A stretch of 64,000 nt of DNA, taken from positions 1 through 64,000 of IMG/VR virus record IMGVR_UViG_3300021255_000083; one strand, 5' to 3'. Made by a program: the position numbers and the translations under genes. This stretch comes from a virus. Lineage: Duplodnaviria > Caudoviricetes. Positions 12,050-26,262 of this stretch are shown here, in pieces. Each line of letters starts with the position of its first letter. The stretch's first letter is position 1. Below the pieces are notes generated by a model. The model worked only from the letters and a program-made list of their open reading frames with translations. It ran no database searches and was not told the origin of the DNA.

Positions 12050-12928
12050 TTATTTTAATAAATCATCCAATGTTTTTAAACCATATTTCTTTTGTATGTT
12101 TTCTATATCACAATGTATCTCCATAGCTAATGAATTTATATGAGCCATTTTTCTTTGTAATCCAATTAAATCTTTAGATAATTCTAATTTTTGTAATTCA
12201 TCATCTATTACATCTATTTGTTCTTGTACACTATCTGCTTCATCTTTTATTAAATCCTCTCTTGATACATATGATATAACTAAAGTATGATGTGGTTTAT
12301 CGTGTACATTTTCATCAGACATATCTTCATACATAGCATATATAGTATCTAATAATGCCTCTAATACCCATACTATTTCACCAGTATACACAGCACAAGC
12401 ATACCACTTAATACCATCTTCATCTGTAAAGATTTCTAGCATATGATTTTTGTTATTTAGGTATACCGTACTTTTAATTAAATCTGTTTCTTCAGCTTCT
12501 TTATACAATCTTTTTACAAAGTTGCTATTAGCCCTTATCATATCATCAGCAAATATAGCATTCATACAATTTTCATACACGGCTCTAAATTGGTCTGACC
12601 CAAATGTACTTAACACATACTGTAATTGTGGTCTTATAATGTCTAAAGCATTTCTTATTAATGATGACCAAGTTGATACATCTACAGCTGTCATTGGTCT
12701 ATCGTGTGCTGATAGTAATAGCTCTCCCCAACTTTCTCTGTTATTATACTCTATATCTGTATTTGACATATCTTCTAGTTTAATTGCCTTTGTACCTCTT
12801 AAACCTAATATAATGTCCTTATCTATATGTTTATTTGCTCTTAATACCATTTTTCTCAAGCTTTCATCATTAAATAGTTTTTCATTTTCTTCTTCTGTTC
12901 TAATTGACATTTCATTTAAATTTGCCAT
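12050..12928 (-). CDS. Hypothetical protein, coiled-coil C-terminus
   Basis: 292 aa ORF with its own sigmaA-type promoter. Confidence 0.6.
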   Translation of the reverse strand: MANLNEMSIRTEEENEKLFNDESLRKMVLRANKHIDKDIILGLRGTKAIKLEDMSNTDIEYNNRESWGELLLSAHDRPMTAVDVSTWSSLIRNALDIIRPQLQYVLSTFGSDQFRAVYENCMNAIFADDMIRANSNFVKRLYKEAEETDLIKSTVYLNNKNHMLEIFTDEDGIKWYACAVYTGEIVWVLEALLDTIYAMYEDMSDENVHDKPHHTLVISYVSREDLIKDEADSVQEQIDVIDDELQKLELSKDLIGLQRKMAHINSLAMEIHCDIENIQKKYGLKTLDDLLK

Positions 12929-12983
12929 TTACATCTACCTCTTTCTGCAAGTATTTTTATGTGTAATTTTTACTTGCAGATGT

Positions 12984-13012
12984 ATTATATAATATAATTT
13001 TTACATTGTCAA
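12984..13012 (-). promoter_or_regulatory. SigmaA-type promoter
   Basis: TTGACA-17 nt-TATAAT. Confidence 0.75.
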
Positions 13013-13081
13013 TAGTATTTTAAAAATTTGATATAAAAAATTACACACAGTATTATATTTGTGTGTAATTTTTTATATATT

Positions 13082-15767
13082 TTATAATATGATTGGAAAA
13101 CTCTCATCCCCAATATCAGGTTCCATTTCTTCCATATCGGCTAATAATCTTCCATAAAATCCTTGAGAACCAGCTAAACTTTTTGCTACTTCTTTAACTC
13201 TATTCCAATCAGCCATATCTTGTAATTCTAATTCATCTTCCTCTAGTCCTATAATTATATCTAAGTCATCCATAGCAGATACTTTATTCATTTTCTTTTC
13301 TCTTAATTGTTTAGCTTTTTCCCCAAATAATGATACTCTTCCACCATTTACGGCACCGGCTTGTGTTGCACTCTCTTCCAAGTCTTCTATATGTTCATCA
13401 GCAATTACTTCATCAATTAACTTCCAGATGTCATCATCATAATCTTCTAGCTCTTGTATAAACATACTTGTTATTATATCATTATCATTATCATAATTAA
13501 ATTTTTGTTGATTAAATTCATATTGCCATCCACCATTTTTTAATGATACTGCTAACCAAGTTTTTCTTGCTGTATGTTTATCCATTATTTCCATATAGAA
13601 ACCATCTTTAGATATATCATCTACATTAGTTACAACTAAATCTAATTCTTCTGGTCCTACTTCTATTAGATTTCCACAGTTAGGACATTCTGCATAATAT
13701 ACATAATCTTTACCTTTTTGATATATCTCTATATCATTAGATACTTCATTTAGTGGGTCAAATGTATATTCAAAATCTTCTAAACATTCATCACAATGTG
13801 CTGTAAATTTTTCTGGAGTTGTATCTATCATACTCTCTGTTTTTACTTCTTTATTTTCTTCTTTTTTATCATACTTTGACCATAGATTATTTAAATCGTG
13901 CAACTTAGTTTTTAGTATATCTTTTTCATCTAAATCATTTGTTCTTTCAATTTCTTCTTCTATGTCTGATGTTAGTTCGTGTACATTAAAATCTACCTTA
14001 CCATCTTTAGCTTTTATATCATCCATTGCTTTATCTATTTTACCTACTAAGTCTCCTATACTTTGTATACTTTCTGTTATATTATTTATACATTCATTTA
14101 GTTTATTATCTTGTATATACTGTTCAGCTTCATCTTCTGTATCAAATACAGGGTTATCTCCATTTTCATCATAATAAAAATCATCTAATTTATTATCATA
14201 TATAGTAAATTGACTATCATCTTCATCATCGGGGTCAAATGTATCATCCATTGCATAATCATATACTGTATATCTTGGTTCATCGTCTATATCTTCTGTT
14301 TTTATCTCTGTATTTTCATCTACAATATACTTCTCTAAAGCAAACATAAAGGCTACTGCTTCTCTATCACTAGATATATAGTCCCCGTGATATTTAACAA
14401 ACTCTTTTACAAATGCTTTAAAATTCTCGTTATTTTTAATTAAATAGTCAAACTCATCTAATGCCTCAGTATAACCTGCTACATTATCTCTGTTATCATA
14501 AAGAAAACCATATTCTGTTTCAAACTCTTTATCAAATTGTTCTATTGGAACATCTACAGCTTTAAACTCTACTTTCTTTGACTTACTTTCTTTCATAACA
14601 TCTTCCTCCCTACTTGCATCATATTGGCAAGATTTTATTTCTCCTCCTGATAAACCTAATTCTTTCTTAGTAGCCTCTAATTCATCGTGTGTTATTTTAC
14701 CGTGCCAATAATCTTTAAAAGCTTGTTTCATTTTTTCTTCTATAGCTCTTAGTTCTTCGTATTCATATGTACCTGATGCTGTTGTTACTTTACCTTCAGT
14801 TAAATCATACCCAGCATCCTTAGCAGATATTATCTCACCGCCAACCTTTTCTTGTACCCTTAATGCATCTTGATATGTATTAAAGAAATATGGTTCACCT
14901 ACATTAGCTGAATTTTTCCAAACATACCTACCATTTTTAGCTTTTATTAAATACTCCATATTTCCGAGGTCCTCCATAATATTGTATAAAAGCTTTACCT
15001 TCAAATGGTTCCATTTCTTTTGGTCCCCAATAATCATATCCAATATCTTCATCTTTCTTTACTTTAACTGGTTTTAATACTGTTCCATATTTATCATCCC
15101 CAGTCAATATCATTGGGTCTGTTTCTTCATATCCTAACTCTTTATATTTCTTACGTAGCATTTCTTTATCCTCCCAACTATACTTAATTGTATCACCTAC
15201 TGTTGTTTTATAATCTGCTGGCATTTTATCTAGTTCATCTTTTGATATATACTCTACATCTTCAACTTTTTTACTCTCTGTTAGCCCTAATTTACTTGCT
15301 ACAAATTCTTTTCTATCATCTGGTACTTGGTCATTGTGATATAAATCTACTAATGTTGATTTTATTTTAGCTATATATCTTTTTAATGTTTCTAATATTT
15401 TCTCAGGTGTACCTGTTGTTTTTCTAAATGGTAATGATATACTTCCATATGCCATATATTTATTATCTGGTTTTGTTAATATTGATTTATCAAATGCATC
15501 CAATATTAATGTATCTGGTAATTCTACATCATCTTTTATTTCTATACCATCATCATATCTACCAACATTTTGTAATATATGGAATGATATATTAAATAAA
15601 TCATTTTGTGCTATACCATTTGGAAATTCTGTCTGATTTCCTGCCAAATAAAATGTTATAAAAAATGTGTCTCTGCCTAATGCTCCTTTAGATACACTAC
15701 AAGCACTATTCGGAAATTCTGCTTTATATAAAGCATTTACTTGTTCTTTAAATTCTGCAAATGTCAT
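13082..15767 (-). CDS. Acidic multi-module protein (candidate internal head protein), ~894 aa after +1 shift at CCT-CGG-A (14964-14966)
   Basis: ...YYGGP|GNMEYLIKAK joins ORFs 14937..15767 and 13082..15052; ESKKVE/EVKTE linkers; CxxC...CxxC module. Confidence 0.6.
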
Positions 15768-15843
15768 TTTTATATTTACCCCCTATACTTAAAGGGTTAA
15801 GAGCTATACACTTTAGCTGCCTAACCCTTATTATTAATTTTTA

Positions 15844-18800
15844 CTATAATTTCTTATCTACTGATAAATATTTATTTTTAAAAATATTAATTTCATCATC
15901 TGTCATACCTGCTTTTGAACTTAGATATGTATCAATAGTATTTGATTTAAGAGCTTGTTTTAAATCTTGAGATATTTTTGCTGGGTCTGCTTCTACATAA
16001 CTATGTAATTCTCTAACCATATCACTAAACTTTTTATTATCTATTGTTTTTAAGTCATTAATAGATTTAACATTTTCCTCTACTTTATTATCATCAAACT
16101 CTTCTGCTTGTACTTCACTAAAGATATAATAACATTGTTTAGCACCTTCCATTGTTGCATCTATATATATTAAATCACTTAGTTCTTCATCTATAGCATC
16201 ATAGTATTCATCAGGTGTTTCATCTTCCATTTTATCTATTATTGGCATACCTGCATTTACTATATCTTCATAACCCATTTTAGCTTTATTATCATCTGAT
16301 AATGTTTCTAGTGCTTTTTCATATGCTAAATCTTCTCTAGCTCTTTCATTCATTTCTCCTACATCTAATAGTAATCCATTATATCCATTAGCTTCTGCAT
16401 ATGCTACAGCTGTGTTTATAGCTGTTTCCATATCATCTGCATATACTTTAAATGATACTAAAGATACTCCTGCTCCGTGGATATAAACTTATTATATAAC
16501 CTTTATTATTAAAGTAATCTTGTTCATCAGGATTTACTACAGGTATTTCATCATTTTCTACTAGTAACTCTTTATCTTCTACTTTTTTACTTTCTTCAAC
16601 ATTATCTTCATCATAATAATCATCATTTGGTGGGTCTGTATCTATATCTATTACTTCTTTATCAAACTCTATGTGGAATACTCCATCTTGATAGTCTAAT
16701 GTTGCTGTTGCTGATTTATGTACTGTACCATCTTTAATACCACTTTCTTTTTTAGCTAGTGCCATAGGTATTACTGCTAATGTGCCACTGTCTACACAAT
16801 AACCAAATCCATCTGAGCCATCATAACAACCATCTCCCCAAGCTGTTCCGTGTACTTGGAATGATAGACCATTTTCGCAATCTATTGTACCGTCTTTATA
16901 ATCATATTTTTTACCCCATATATCATCATATATATCGTCCGGTAATACATAACAAGGGTCTCCTACCCAATATTCCACTGCTTGCTTTGTTGCAGTTGCT
17001 ACATCTTCTGCTTCTTGTTTTTTCTTATAGCTCACTAAATTGTTATCATCTATATATTTTTTAGCATCTCTTAATGTTTGAAATGGCTCTATTAAAAATG
17101 GTTCTTGACCATTAAGTATATTATATTGTTTATAACCTCTATCTGATACTGATAACTCTATTGCTATATCTTTATAGTAATATGTTTTTTCACTGTGCCA
17201 AAAATCTTCTGTTACTTTTTTACTTTCTTTCAAATCTTTTACCCAAGCTTCACAATCAGGGTCTTGATTTAAACCATCTGCAAATTTTTGAGCTCTTTCA
17301 TAATCATCGAATGATTGTACATACTCTGTAGTAATTCTTCCATCTTCAAAGTATCTTTGCCATACTTCATATTCTTCTTGCTTTTTTGATTTAGCTTCAG
17401 TCTTTTTACTTTCAGATAAACTTAAACCATTTAGTACTCCATCTAGTATATAATCATATTGGTCTACATCACCATATAATTCTTTTATATATTGTGTTAC
17501 TGTATCTTTATTTAATGTCATTTCACCATCATTTGCTCTATCTGTTATATTATCAACTAAACCATCAACAATACTATCTACGGGTTCATATCCCATCTCT
17601 AATAATTTATCATATGTATCTGATAGTAAAGTATTATAATTTTGTTCATCATCATTTGGTAAATAGTATGATAATACTGATACAAACTGTTTCCATTCTT
17701 CTTGTTGGTTAAAAGCTGTTAAATTATCTGCAAAGAATGACATAAATCCATCATATGATTTATAATGGTCTTTTAGATATTGTTCAAACTCTGGGTCTTT
17801 TATAGCTTTTTCTTTTAATGCTTCATACTCTGCTACATTATATGTTATATCAAAATATAATACATCATTTAGATTACTAAATAATTTATAATATTTTGGG
17901 TGTTCATATTCCTTAAATGTTATTTTAGCTGATGGTAATACACCTTTTATTTCAGTTTCTATTATAGGCTCTGCTATATCTAACATAGCTTCATCTACAT
18001 CTTTTGACATATCAGAATTTGGTGGTGGTACTAAATCATCACACATATTATATAAATCATATTGATACATATTTATTATTGGTAGTAAATCTGTATGTGC
18101 ATCTAATGTTGCTGTACCTTCACTAGCTTCTGTTTTTATTGATTTATTTTCTGTTTTAACATATCTACTTGCTAAACTTTCTCCTAGATATTCATTTGCT
18201 ATGAAATCATCTGCTAATCTATTTGCTTCATCATCTAATTGAGCTATATATTCATCCAAGTATTCATCTCTAGCTTCTTTATTATCCCAATTATCATTAC
18301 TTAATCCTATTTCATCTAGTACTATCCAAGAGTTATCTTCTGGGTCTACATATACATATTCTACTATTGCATTTTCATTATCATATGCAAATGCTTTACC
18401 TTTATATTTATATAGATTACTGTATTTTTTATCTGCATCTTTACCCATTTTTTCAGTAAATTTCTTTACCTGATTAACAGGTGTTAAATTTGCCTCATCT
18501 AATACATATTGTAATTCGTCCTTACCATAACATATTGTTGCTACTACTCCAACATATTCTCCATTTTCATCTACTTCATTAAATTCCCATACATCCCCAT
18601 CTTCAGATGCTTTTTTTGCTCTTTGATATTTTCTTTCTTGTTCTTTATCATAAGCTGTATCATCACCTATATTCCAACCTGATGTGTAACCTTCATCATA
18701 ATCATTAGGGTCTTTTGGGTAATCTAATGATTTCTCACATACATAATATTGATTTGTATCAGCAAAATACCCTGTAGTATCTTTAAAATATACTTTATCT

Positions 18801-21800
18801 CCTGAATATAACCTATCTATTATATCATTCATATTTTTTACTTCCATTTTTACTTCTTTACTTTCATATAAACCTGTATTATAGCCAATGTCAGTGGCAT
18901 TAATATAAATTTTACGAGCAGCTTTTTCAGCTTCTTCTATATTTTCACCAGATATTTTATAACCACTTAATTTTAATGAATTAACAACCTTAATCTTAAA
19001 ATTATTGCCTGTAATTATAGCTGACCAACCTCCAGCAATTACTCCGTGCATTTCATCTGAAGCACTTGCCCATTTTTGTTTAAGATTTTTTACTGTAACT
19101 GGTGTTTCAGCGTACTTTGAAAATATTTCATCTACATCTTTAGATGTTATATCTTCTGTTAAATTTTTATTTTCTTTTTTAACATCAATTTTACTTATAC
19201 CAACTGTACCAACTACAGTGTCTTTTTCATTAAGGGAAAATTTAACATCAACTTTATAGCTATATCCTTTAAAATCAAAACCACCTTTAATATCTCTATA
19301 TATTGGTCCTTCATTTAATTCATATACATAATTAGATAATTTACTATAATGTAGATTATCAACCATTACCTTATCAATAATATTAAATGTCTGCTCATCT
19401 ACCGAAGTAATTTTTACAACTCCATTTGAACCATTATATTCACAATCTAAATGTTCATTATGATACAACTCTTCAAATATAGCTTGTGTCTTTTCATAAA
19501 CTATTAAATTTTTAATACCATCTAAATCATCTTTAGCTTCAGTTACTTTTCTATTTTCTGTTATTACTTCGACTTCATCTTCATATACTATATGACCCTC
19601 TTCTTCTGTTGCTTGGTCTGCTACATCAATTATAGTGGCATCTTTTTCATCTTCTGATTTACTATTCCATTCATCATTTGAGTATTCATAATACAACTTC
19701 CCATATGCCATTATTTTTACTGTTTCTGTTTTTACTTCTTTACTTTCATTTAATTGTCCTACTATATCATCAAATAAATCTTTCATTATTATTTCTAATT
19801 CTGTCTCATTTTCTTCAGGTGTTGCTTTATTTAACATTCCTTCTATATCTGCTACATCATTCCATACATTATCTACCACATCACCACTATCAGCTACATC
19901 TAAAAACCATTCAAACCAGTTACTCATATCTACTGTATATTTATTTGTATCATCACCTGATTTTAGAGCTCCTGACCTTATTAAGCTTTGTAGGTCTACT
20001 GGAAATGATTGATAGTTTTTATAACAATAACCAGTTTCATTATCCCATATTTTAACAGAACCTCTTACCATTAAACTTAACTCGTAATCACCTTCTTTAT
20101 ACGTAGCTATAGTAGTATCACTATCAAATAATAAACTACTTATATTTACATCTGATAATTCCTCTGGTTTTATGTATAGATTAAATTCTGATGATGTATT
20201 ATCCTCTGTTTTTAAACTTCTATCCTCTAGTTTTTCTAAAACATTTTTGTATTCTGGATAATAGGTCTTTATAAATGATTTATAATCATCTGCTGATAAT
20301 GAATTTTTTAATTTCTTTACAATATTTTTTATTTTAGTTTCATCATTATCTTCTAATGCTATATCTAAATCTTGTATAAGTTTACTTGCATCATCTATTC
20401 CTATATTATGTAGTGCTACATTAGTTTTAAATCTATCATTTGTTTCTGTTTTTACTTCTTTACTTTCTTCTAACTTAATTATTTCATCTATATCATTATC
20501 AGTTGATTTTATGGCTACTCTTATCTGTTCTCCATCTATATCATAATTTTTATCACATTCAAAATGAGTAGTTTTTTCATTACCATCTTTATCTGTATAT
20601 ATAACACTTATGGTCTGCCCTTTTTTTAATTCTGTTTTTATCTCTTTACTTTCACCTAATAATGATTTTAGTAATTTATTATATGTATCTTTATCATTTA
20701 GCATAGACTTAAACGCTTTTTCAGCTTCATCTGCTGAATTATATACTGTATCAAAACCATATACTTCAATTATATTACCATCTTTATCTTCACACTCTAT
20801 TGTATAATATGGTTCATCTACTTCATCCTCATATTTTATTTTAAATACCTTACCATCATCACTTTTTGCTAAACAACTTCCATCTGTACATAATTCTATT
20901 GATTTACTTTCACCTAAAGCTGATTTAATAGTGTCTAATTTTTCTATGTGTTCTTTTTCATCATCTACTATTTCTTCCATTTGGTCGTTTACTGCATCTG
21001 CTAATTCTTTATCAGCTACTTTTTCTGTTTCATCTCTAAAGTCTTCATAACCTTCTATTGCACTTTCCTCATCTGTCTTTAATACATCTATTGAACCTTT
21101 TACTTGGTCTTTTTCTAAATCTGTACTAGCTGATTTTTCTACTGCTGTTTCTATAGCGTTCTTTACTTGTGTCATATCTTCTGCTTCTGTCTTTTTACTT
21201 TCACCTAAAGTTATACCTTTTTGTTCTAGTAAATTATTAGCCTTTAACTCATCTATAAATTTATTTGCAACATCTGATTTATATTCTGTTGTATATAATT
21301 TTAATCTATCTATTTGATTATGTCTTACTCTTCTAGGCGTAATATATAATACTACATTATCACCATCTTTTATTTCCCATTCTCTACCCGTATTATCCAC
21401 AGTTAAACCATTTGATTTAGCTATTTTAATTATCTTATCTTTAAGCATACTTGATGGTAATTGTTCAGTTGTTACATCTTCAGTTACTTTTTTACTTTCA
21501 TCTTTTGGTTCTACAAATGAATTATATGATAAGCCATCACTATCTGTTCCTACATCTTTAATAACCTTACCTTTATTAAAATATTCTGTTTGTTGTTTAA
21601 TTATTTCTTCTGTAACATCTTTTCCTAATGTATCATAATATTCATTTACATATGGTTGTTTATAATATTTACTTACTGCATTCATAACAGTTGATGTATG
21701 TATATCTTCATCATATACTAAACAACTCATTACCATTCCTCTTAAACTTAACTCTTTCCATATTTGTTTTTGTTCATCTGTCATATCTTTAAATAAATTT

Positions 21801-23437
21801 GGTAATGACCTTCTTATTTCATCTATTTCTTTTTCACTTAAACCTTTATTACCTGATAATACTTTTCCAGCTGGTTTAAATACACTATAATCTTCTGCCT
21901 CTATTTTTAGTGCTTTACCTTCTTTTACTAAAACACAATTTTTACAAATTCTATTAGCATTGTTAGCATAACTTGATATATCTAATTTTGTTTTTTCATC
22001 CCAATTTCTCCAAGCACTTTCTGGTATTGTATCTACAGCTTGTACAAAATTCTCTAATTGTTCTTTTTCTTCTGCTGTTACATTAAACCATAAAGTACCA
22101 TCAATTTCTTTTGTAGGTACATTATCAGTATTCTTCAAATAATTTTTAAGAGTGTTTGGTAATTTATTATAAATATCATCTGCACTATCTGTTGCTTCTA
22201 CTTTTATTTCTTTACCTATTGGCACATAATATCTCATTGCTGAATATGTATCACTTCCATCTTCCTCTGTTACTTCTTCTCTTTCAAGTACATATCCTTT
22301 TTGTTTCATTAAGTAATCAGCTCTTTGATGGTCGTGTTTCCAATCACCCCAAGGTATGTTTAATATTATATCTCCATCTACAATATCTACTTCTGCATAT
22401 ACACCGTTATCTGCTAAATATTTAGATGTTTCATTAACTATTTCTGCATCTGACTTTGCTTCTGTTTTTTTACTACTATTTAAAACAGATGCTACTTTTA
22501 AATATAATTCACTTCTAGTTAATTGCTTATTAGAACTGATTAGTTCTTTTGCTGTAGTAACTATTTTATCAAATTCATTTGCTGATAGTACTCTATCTGA
22601 TGTGACATAATCTACTTTTTTGTCATCCAGTGATTTACCGTGACGACTTCCATCTATTAATATATCTACTATTTCTGGTATAACTGCATTTTGTATAAGT
22701 TCTTCCTTAGCCTTTTGTGACAAACCTTCATTTATAATTGATGCAATATTATCATAATCTACATCAAATGTTGAATGACAATTTGGACATTCTAAATAAT
22801 CCCCCATTGCATCGTGTTGTACATCTCTATTTTTGTACTTTATTTTCATTCCACAACTTAAACATTTAGCTACTTTTTCATCGGGTGCTAACTCTTTAGC
22901 TTCTTCTAATGCTTGACCAAAACAATTACTTTCTGCCTCACCTATTACTTGTTGTTCTAATTCTGCTTGTGTCTTACATAGATTATCATAATTTAGAATA
23001 TTATCAAAATTTACTTCAACACATATATGTCTACCACTTCTACCACATTGATATAATTCTACACCTGTTTGATTTTCAAATTCATCGAACGCTTGTTCTA
23101 CAAAGAAATTGTATAAGTCATAATCAAACTCACCATCAAAACCTTCAGGCTCATTTATATCCCAAAATGTATGATTGTCACTTAACTCTAAGTAAATACC
23201 AGTATCATTATAATCATTATAAAATGTTACATTTGGTAATATTTTTACTATTAAATCTATAGCTTGTTGTAATATCTCAGCTCTAGTTGTACCATATGTG
23301 TATTCATAATTATCTAAATCTGGTAATTCTTCTGTATTTACAGTTGCTTTTCCGTATCTATCTATATTATAGTCTATATCACCACCATCAAATAGATTTC
23401 TTGCAACTTCTAATACTTCATCTGAAATGCCTTCCAT
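15844..23437 (-). CDS. Giant acidic polyprotein-like protein, ~2530 aa after +1 shift at CCA-CGG-A (16475-16477)
   Basis: ...ISLYP|GAGVSLVSFKVYADD-METAIN joins ORFs 16448..23437 and 15844..16431; more than 15 ESKK(V/T)E / ESKEVKTE-like linkers. Confidence 0.65.
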
Positions 23438-23542
23438 CTTTTCACAATACCTCCTATTTAAATATTATTTCTACCTCTATATCTCGTTGGGCACAACTAT
23501 ATCAGTATAGTAAATACCCTATACAATAATATTTTACTTTTA

Positions 23543-24079
23543 TTAAAAATTATTTCGTTCATTTGCACACTCACTTAACTTTACTCTATTTATTTTATTG
23601 GTATGTGCATCTATAGTTTTCTTTATAGTTGGTATATTAAATAATGCTGCATATCTTTTTACTATCCCATTAAATTGGTGTCTACTTATACCTTTTTCTT
23701 CACAATATGCCCCTATAGAACTTAGACTATTTAGGTACTCATCAACTATTTGTTTAACATCCACATCTGTAAAATTTTTCACACTTAATTTAGATTTATT
23801 CATTTGTGACCTTATATCAAATCTTTTTTTCTCAGCTAAATTTAATTTTTCTTCATTATTTCTACAATCCTTACATATAAATGTTATAATATATGGATTT
23901 ACTTTATTATGTAATATTTGTGCATCCGTACTACCACATATACAACAAACTTTTTTAATCTCTGGTTTTCTTGCTACCATATTTGCTATTCTAGTTCTAG
24001 TTACCCTTAACTGTTTAGACTTAACTCTTTCCTCCCAAGTCATTTCTTTCTTTCGTACAATCTTCTTTTCATTACTCAT
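23543..24079 (-). CDS. Basic zinc-finger/HTH-like protein
   Basis: CCICG..H..CKDC plus YCEEKGISRHQF helix-turn-helix-like segment. Confidence 0.5.
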   Translation of the reverse strand: MSNEKKIVRKKEMTWEERVKSKQLRVTRTRIANMVARKPEIKKVCCICGSTDAQILHNKVNPYIITFICKDCRNNEEKLNLAEKKRFDIRSQMNKSKLSVKNFTDVDVKQIVDEYLNSLSSIGAYCEEKGISRHQFNGIVKRYAALFNIPTIKKTIDAHTNKINRVKLSECANERNNF

Positions 24080-24093
24080 AATATATCTACTCC

Positions 24094-24330
24094 TTAAAAC
24101 TTATATAATTTTGTTTTGTCGAATAGATTATTTCTTTCCAGCCACTCTGTTATTACATTAATAGGTACTGGACTTATTAATGTAATACATTCTGTTGTAT
24201 CATCATTATAAGAAATATCTATTAACATTTTTCCAAATACATCTAATAAACCGATTGTTCGTATTTGTATATAACTGATATTTGTGGTATTTATATTATG
24301 TAATTTGTTCACTAATTCCTCTTCTAACAT
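24094..24330 (-). CDS. Hypothetical protein
   Basis: 78 aa ORF in operon. Confidence 0.5.
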   Translation of the reverse strand: MLEEELVNKLHNINTTNISYIQIRTIGLLDVFGKMLIDISYNDDTTECITLISPVPINVITEWLERNNLFDKTKLYKF

Positions 24331-24349
24331 CTGTTAAATTGTTTCCTCT

Positions 24350-24871
24350 CTATATATTGTTATTATATCCATATTTTTGAGCTTTTACAGCTAGCTCATA
24401 GTCCTTTGTTATATCATCTAATTTATTAAAATATTCATCTCTGGACATTAAATCTTTTTGTTTTACTAAGGCTTTTAACCTTTTTAATACGGCTTGATAA
24501 TCTGCTTCATTAAAATATTTCCCATCTCTTTGAGCCCTATATCTTCTTTCATATATGTTTTTACGTAATAAATCTACAGGTCTTTGATATTCATCTAAAT
24601 GTTTAACATACTTATTTTCATTAGTAGCTTTATTTCTACAAATTGCCCCACAATATACTTGTAATCTCTTCGTTGTTGGGTTTGGAAAAAAATATTCATT
24701 ACACTTAGGACATTTTTTTACTAATGATAGTATTTGCATAAAATCAATTAGTTTATATTCTAATAAATAATTTGCACCTTTTATATTAGTTAAACTTAGA
24801 ATTTGTTGTATATCTGCAGCTCTTTTAACTACATCTGATAATGCATCTAAATCTGATTTATCCATATACAC
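24350..24871 (-). CDS. Zinc-finger protein
   Basis: KKCPKCNEYF...YCGAICR. Confidence 0.5.
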   Translation of the reverse strand: MYMDKSDLDALSDVVKRAADIQQILSLTNIKGANYLLEYKLIDFMQILSLVKKCPKCNEYFFPNPTTKRLQVYCGAICRNKATNENKYVKHLDEYQRPVDLLRKNIYERRYRAQRDGKYFNEADYQAVLKRLKALVKQKDLMSRDEYFNKLDDITKDYELAVKAQKYGYNNNI

Positions 24872-24874
24872 CTC

Positions 24875-25684
24875 CTAAATTAAGAATTGTTCAATAAATT
24901 GTCTATCTATCATAAACTCTGGTATACTTCCATCAACTATCCATTCATTATCCCTTTTATATACTGCAAATCCTCTCTGTTGTATTATAGATAGTTTATT
25001 CCAATCTATACCTGTTTCATCTTTAACCATTTGTAATTTTTCTTTTTGATTTTTACCTTCAAGTGCTTTATGACTAAAATATGCATTAGCTAATGATGAT
25101 ATTGAATTTCTAATTGCATCTTTCTGTCTATATATAAAATATGGTACCACATCTTCTTTCTCTAAATTAAACGCTCTACAATCAAACATTGCCTTGAACT
25201 GTTTATCTCTCCATAACTTATATTTATTTAAATTATACTCATCATCTTCTAATAATGTATCTTTAGCCATTGCTCTTGACCAGTACTTATTTTTTAAATC
25301 CAATAATGCTTTATTAAACTTAGCAGTAACTACCGATGATGCTATTGATGATAATTTTTGTAATCTGTAATTATACCAAGCTTCCGTATTATCATTTGTC
25401 CAATCTGTCATTAATATACTAATTTCATCTGATGTTGAATATATAAATTTTACATTATCCATTTCTTTATGTAAATCTATTGTCACTTCTTGAAATAATC
25501 TTGATAAATCTTTATCAAATGGTTTGTCTAAATTTTTTGTAAACTTACTAAATGACCTACCATCTATTCTAAGTATTACAGGCTTCTTTCTTTCTAATTT
25601 ATAATTTGTTTCATTTTCAAGTCGTTTCATTTTTTCTGACAATTTTTCATCGTAAACACATTCATCTTCTATCATATATAACAT
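24875..25684 (-). CDS. tRNA(His) guanylyltransferase Thg1-like 3'-5' polymerase
   Basis: ILRIDGRSFSKFT, YSTSDEISIL, FDCRAF and YRQKDAIRNSI motifs. Confidence 0.9.
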   Translation of the reverse strand: MLYMIEDECVYDEKLSEKMKRLENETNYKLERKKPVILRIDGRSFSKFTKNLDKPFDKDLSRLFQEVTIDLHKEMDNVKFIYSTSDEISILMTDWTNDNTEAWYNYRLQKLSSIASSVVTAKFNKALLDLKNKYWSRAMAKDTLLEDDEYNLNKYKLWRDKQFKAMFDCRAFNLEKEDVVPYFIYRQKDAIRNSISSLANAYFSHKALEGKNQKEKLQMVKDETGIDWNKLSIIQQRGFAVYKRDNEWIVDGSIPEFMIDRQFIEQFLI

Positions 25685-25688
25685 CCCC

Positions 25689-25853
25689 TTATTTATTTAA
25701 TGTACCATCATCACCATAATATTTTAATCTTTTATGTTGATAACAACTTGGACATAATGCTTCTCCATCTAACCATATTCTGTCACCTTCTCTGACATCT
25801 TGTTTACAACAAGGACATTTAACTATTTCATCTAACCAGCTATCATTATTCAT
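25689..25853 (-). CDS. Small zinc-ribbon protein (54 aa, not in the ORF track)
   Basis: MNNDSWLDEIVKCPCC...LCPSCY with AGGAG RBS. Confidence 0.55.
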   Translation of the reverse strand: MNNDSWLDEIVKCPCCKQDVREGDRIWLDGEALCPSCYQHKRLKYYGDDGTLNK

Positions 25854-25854
25854 T

Positions 25855-26262
25855 TTATTTCTCCTTTATACTTTTTACTTTTACGCCCAATAGCTGTAGT
25901 GCTTGTGTTTTATCCTTACTATAATCATTAGATGTCTTAATTAAATTTATCATCGTAGCTTTATCTGTTAAACCCGATTTAAATTTTTCTTCTACTACAG
26001 CTAATATTGTATTTAATCTATCTATTTCCTCAATACTCATAGGCTCATCAGCATATTTAGGTTTATTATACTGTTTCTTCCAGAAATCAATATAACTTTC
26101 TTTAGTCATACCTATAACTGATACAGCCTTCAATACATTTGAATATTTAGTATATGTACCATTATCATTTAATGCTATTATTTCACTGTTAATAAAATTA
26201 ATATCTCTTTGAAGTGATACATTTGGATTTAATACAGTTTCTACCTCACCATCATATACCAT
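25855..26262 (-). CDS. Hypothetical protein
   Basis: 135 aa ORF overlapping the upstream stop. Confidence 0.55.
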   Translation of the reverse strand: MVYDGEVETVLNPNVSLQRDINFINSEIIALNDNGTYTKYSNVLKAVSVIGMTKESYIDFWKKQYNKPKYADEPMSIEEIDRLNTILAVVEEKFKSGLTDKATMINLIKTSNDYSKDKTQALQLLGVKVKSIKEK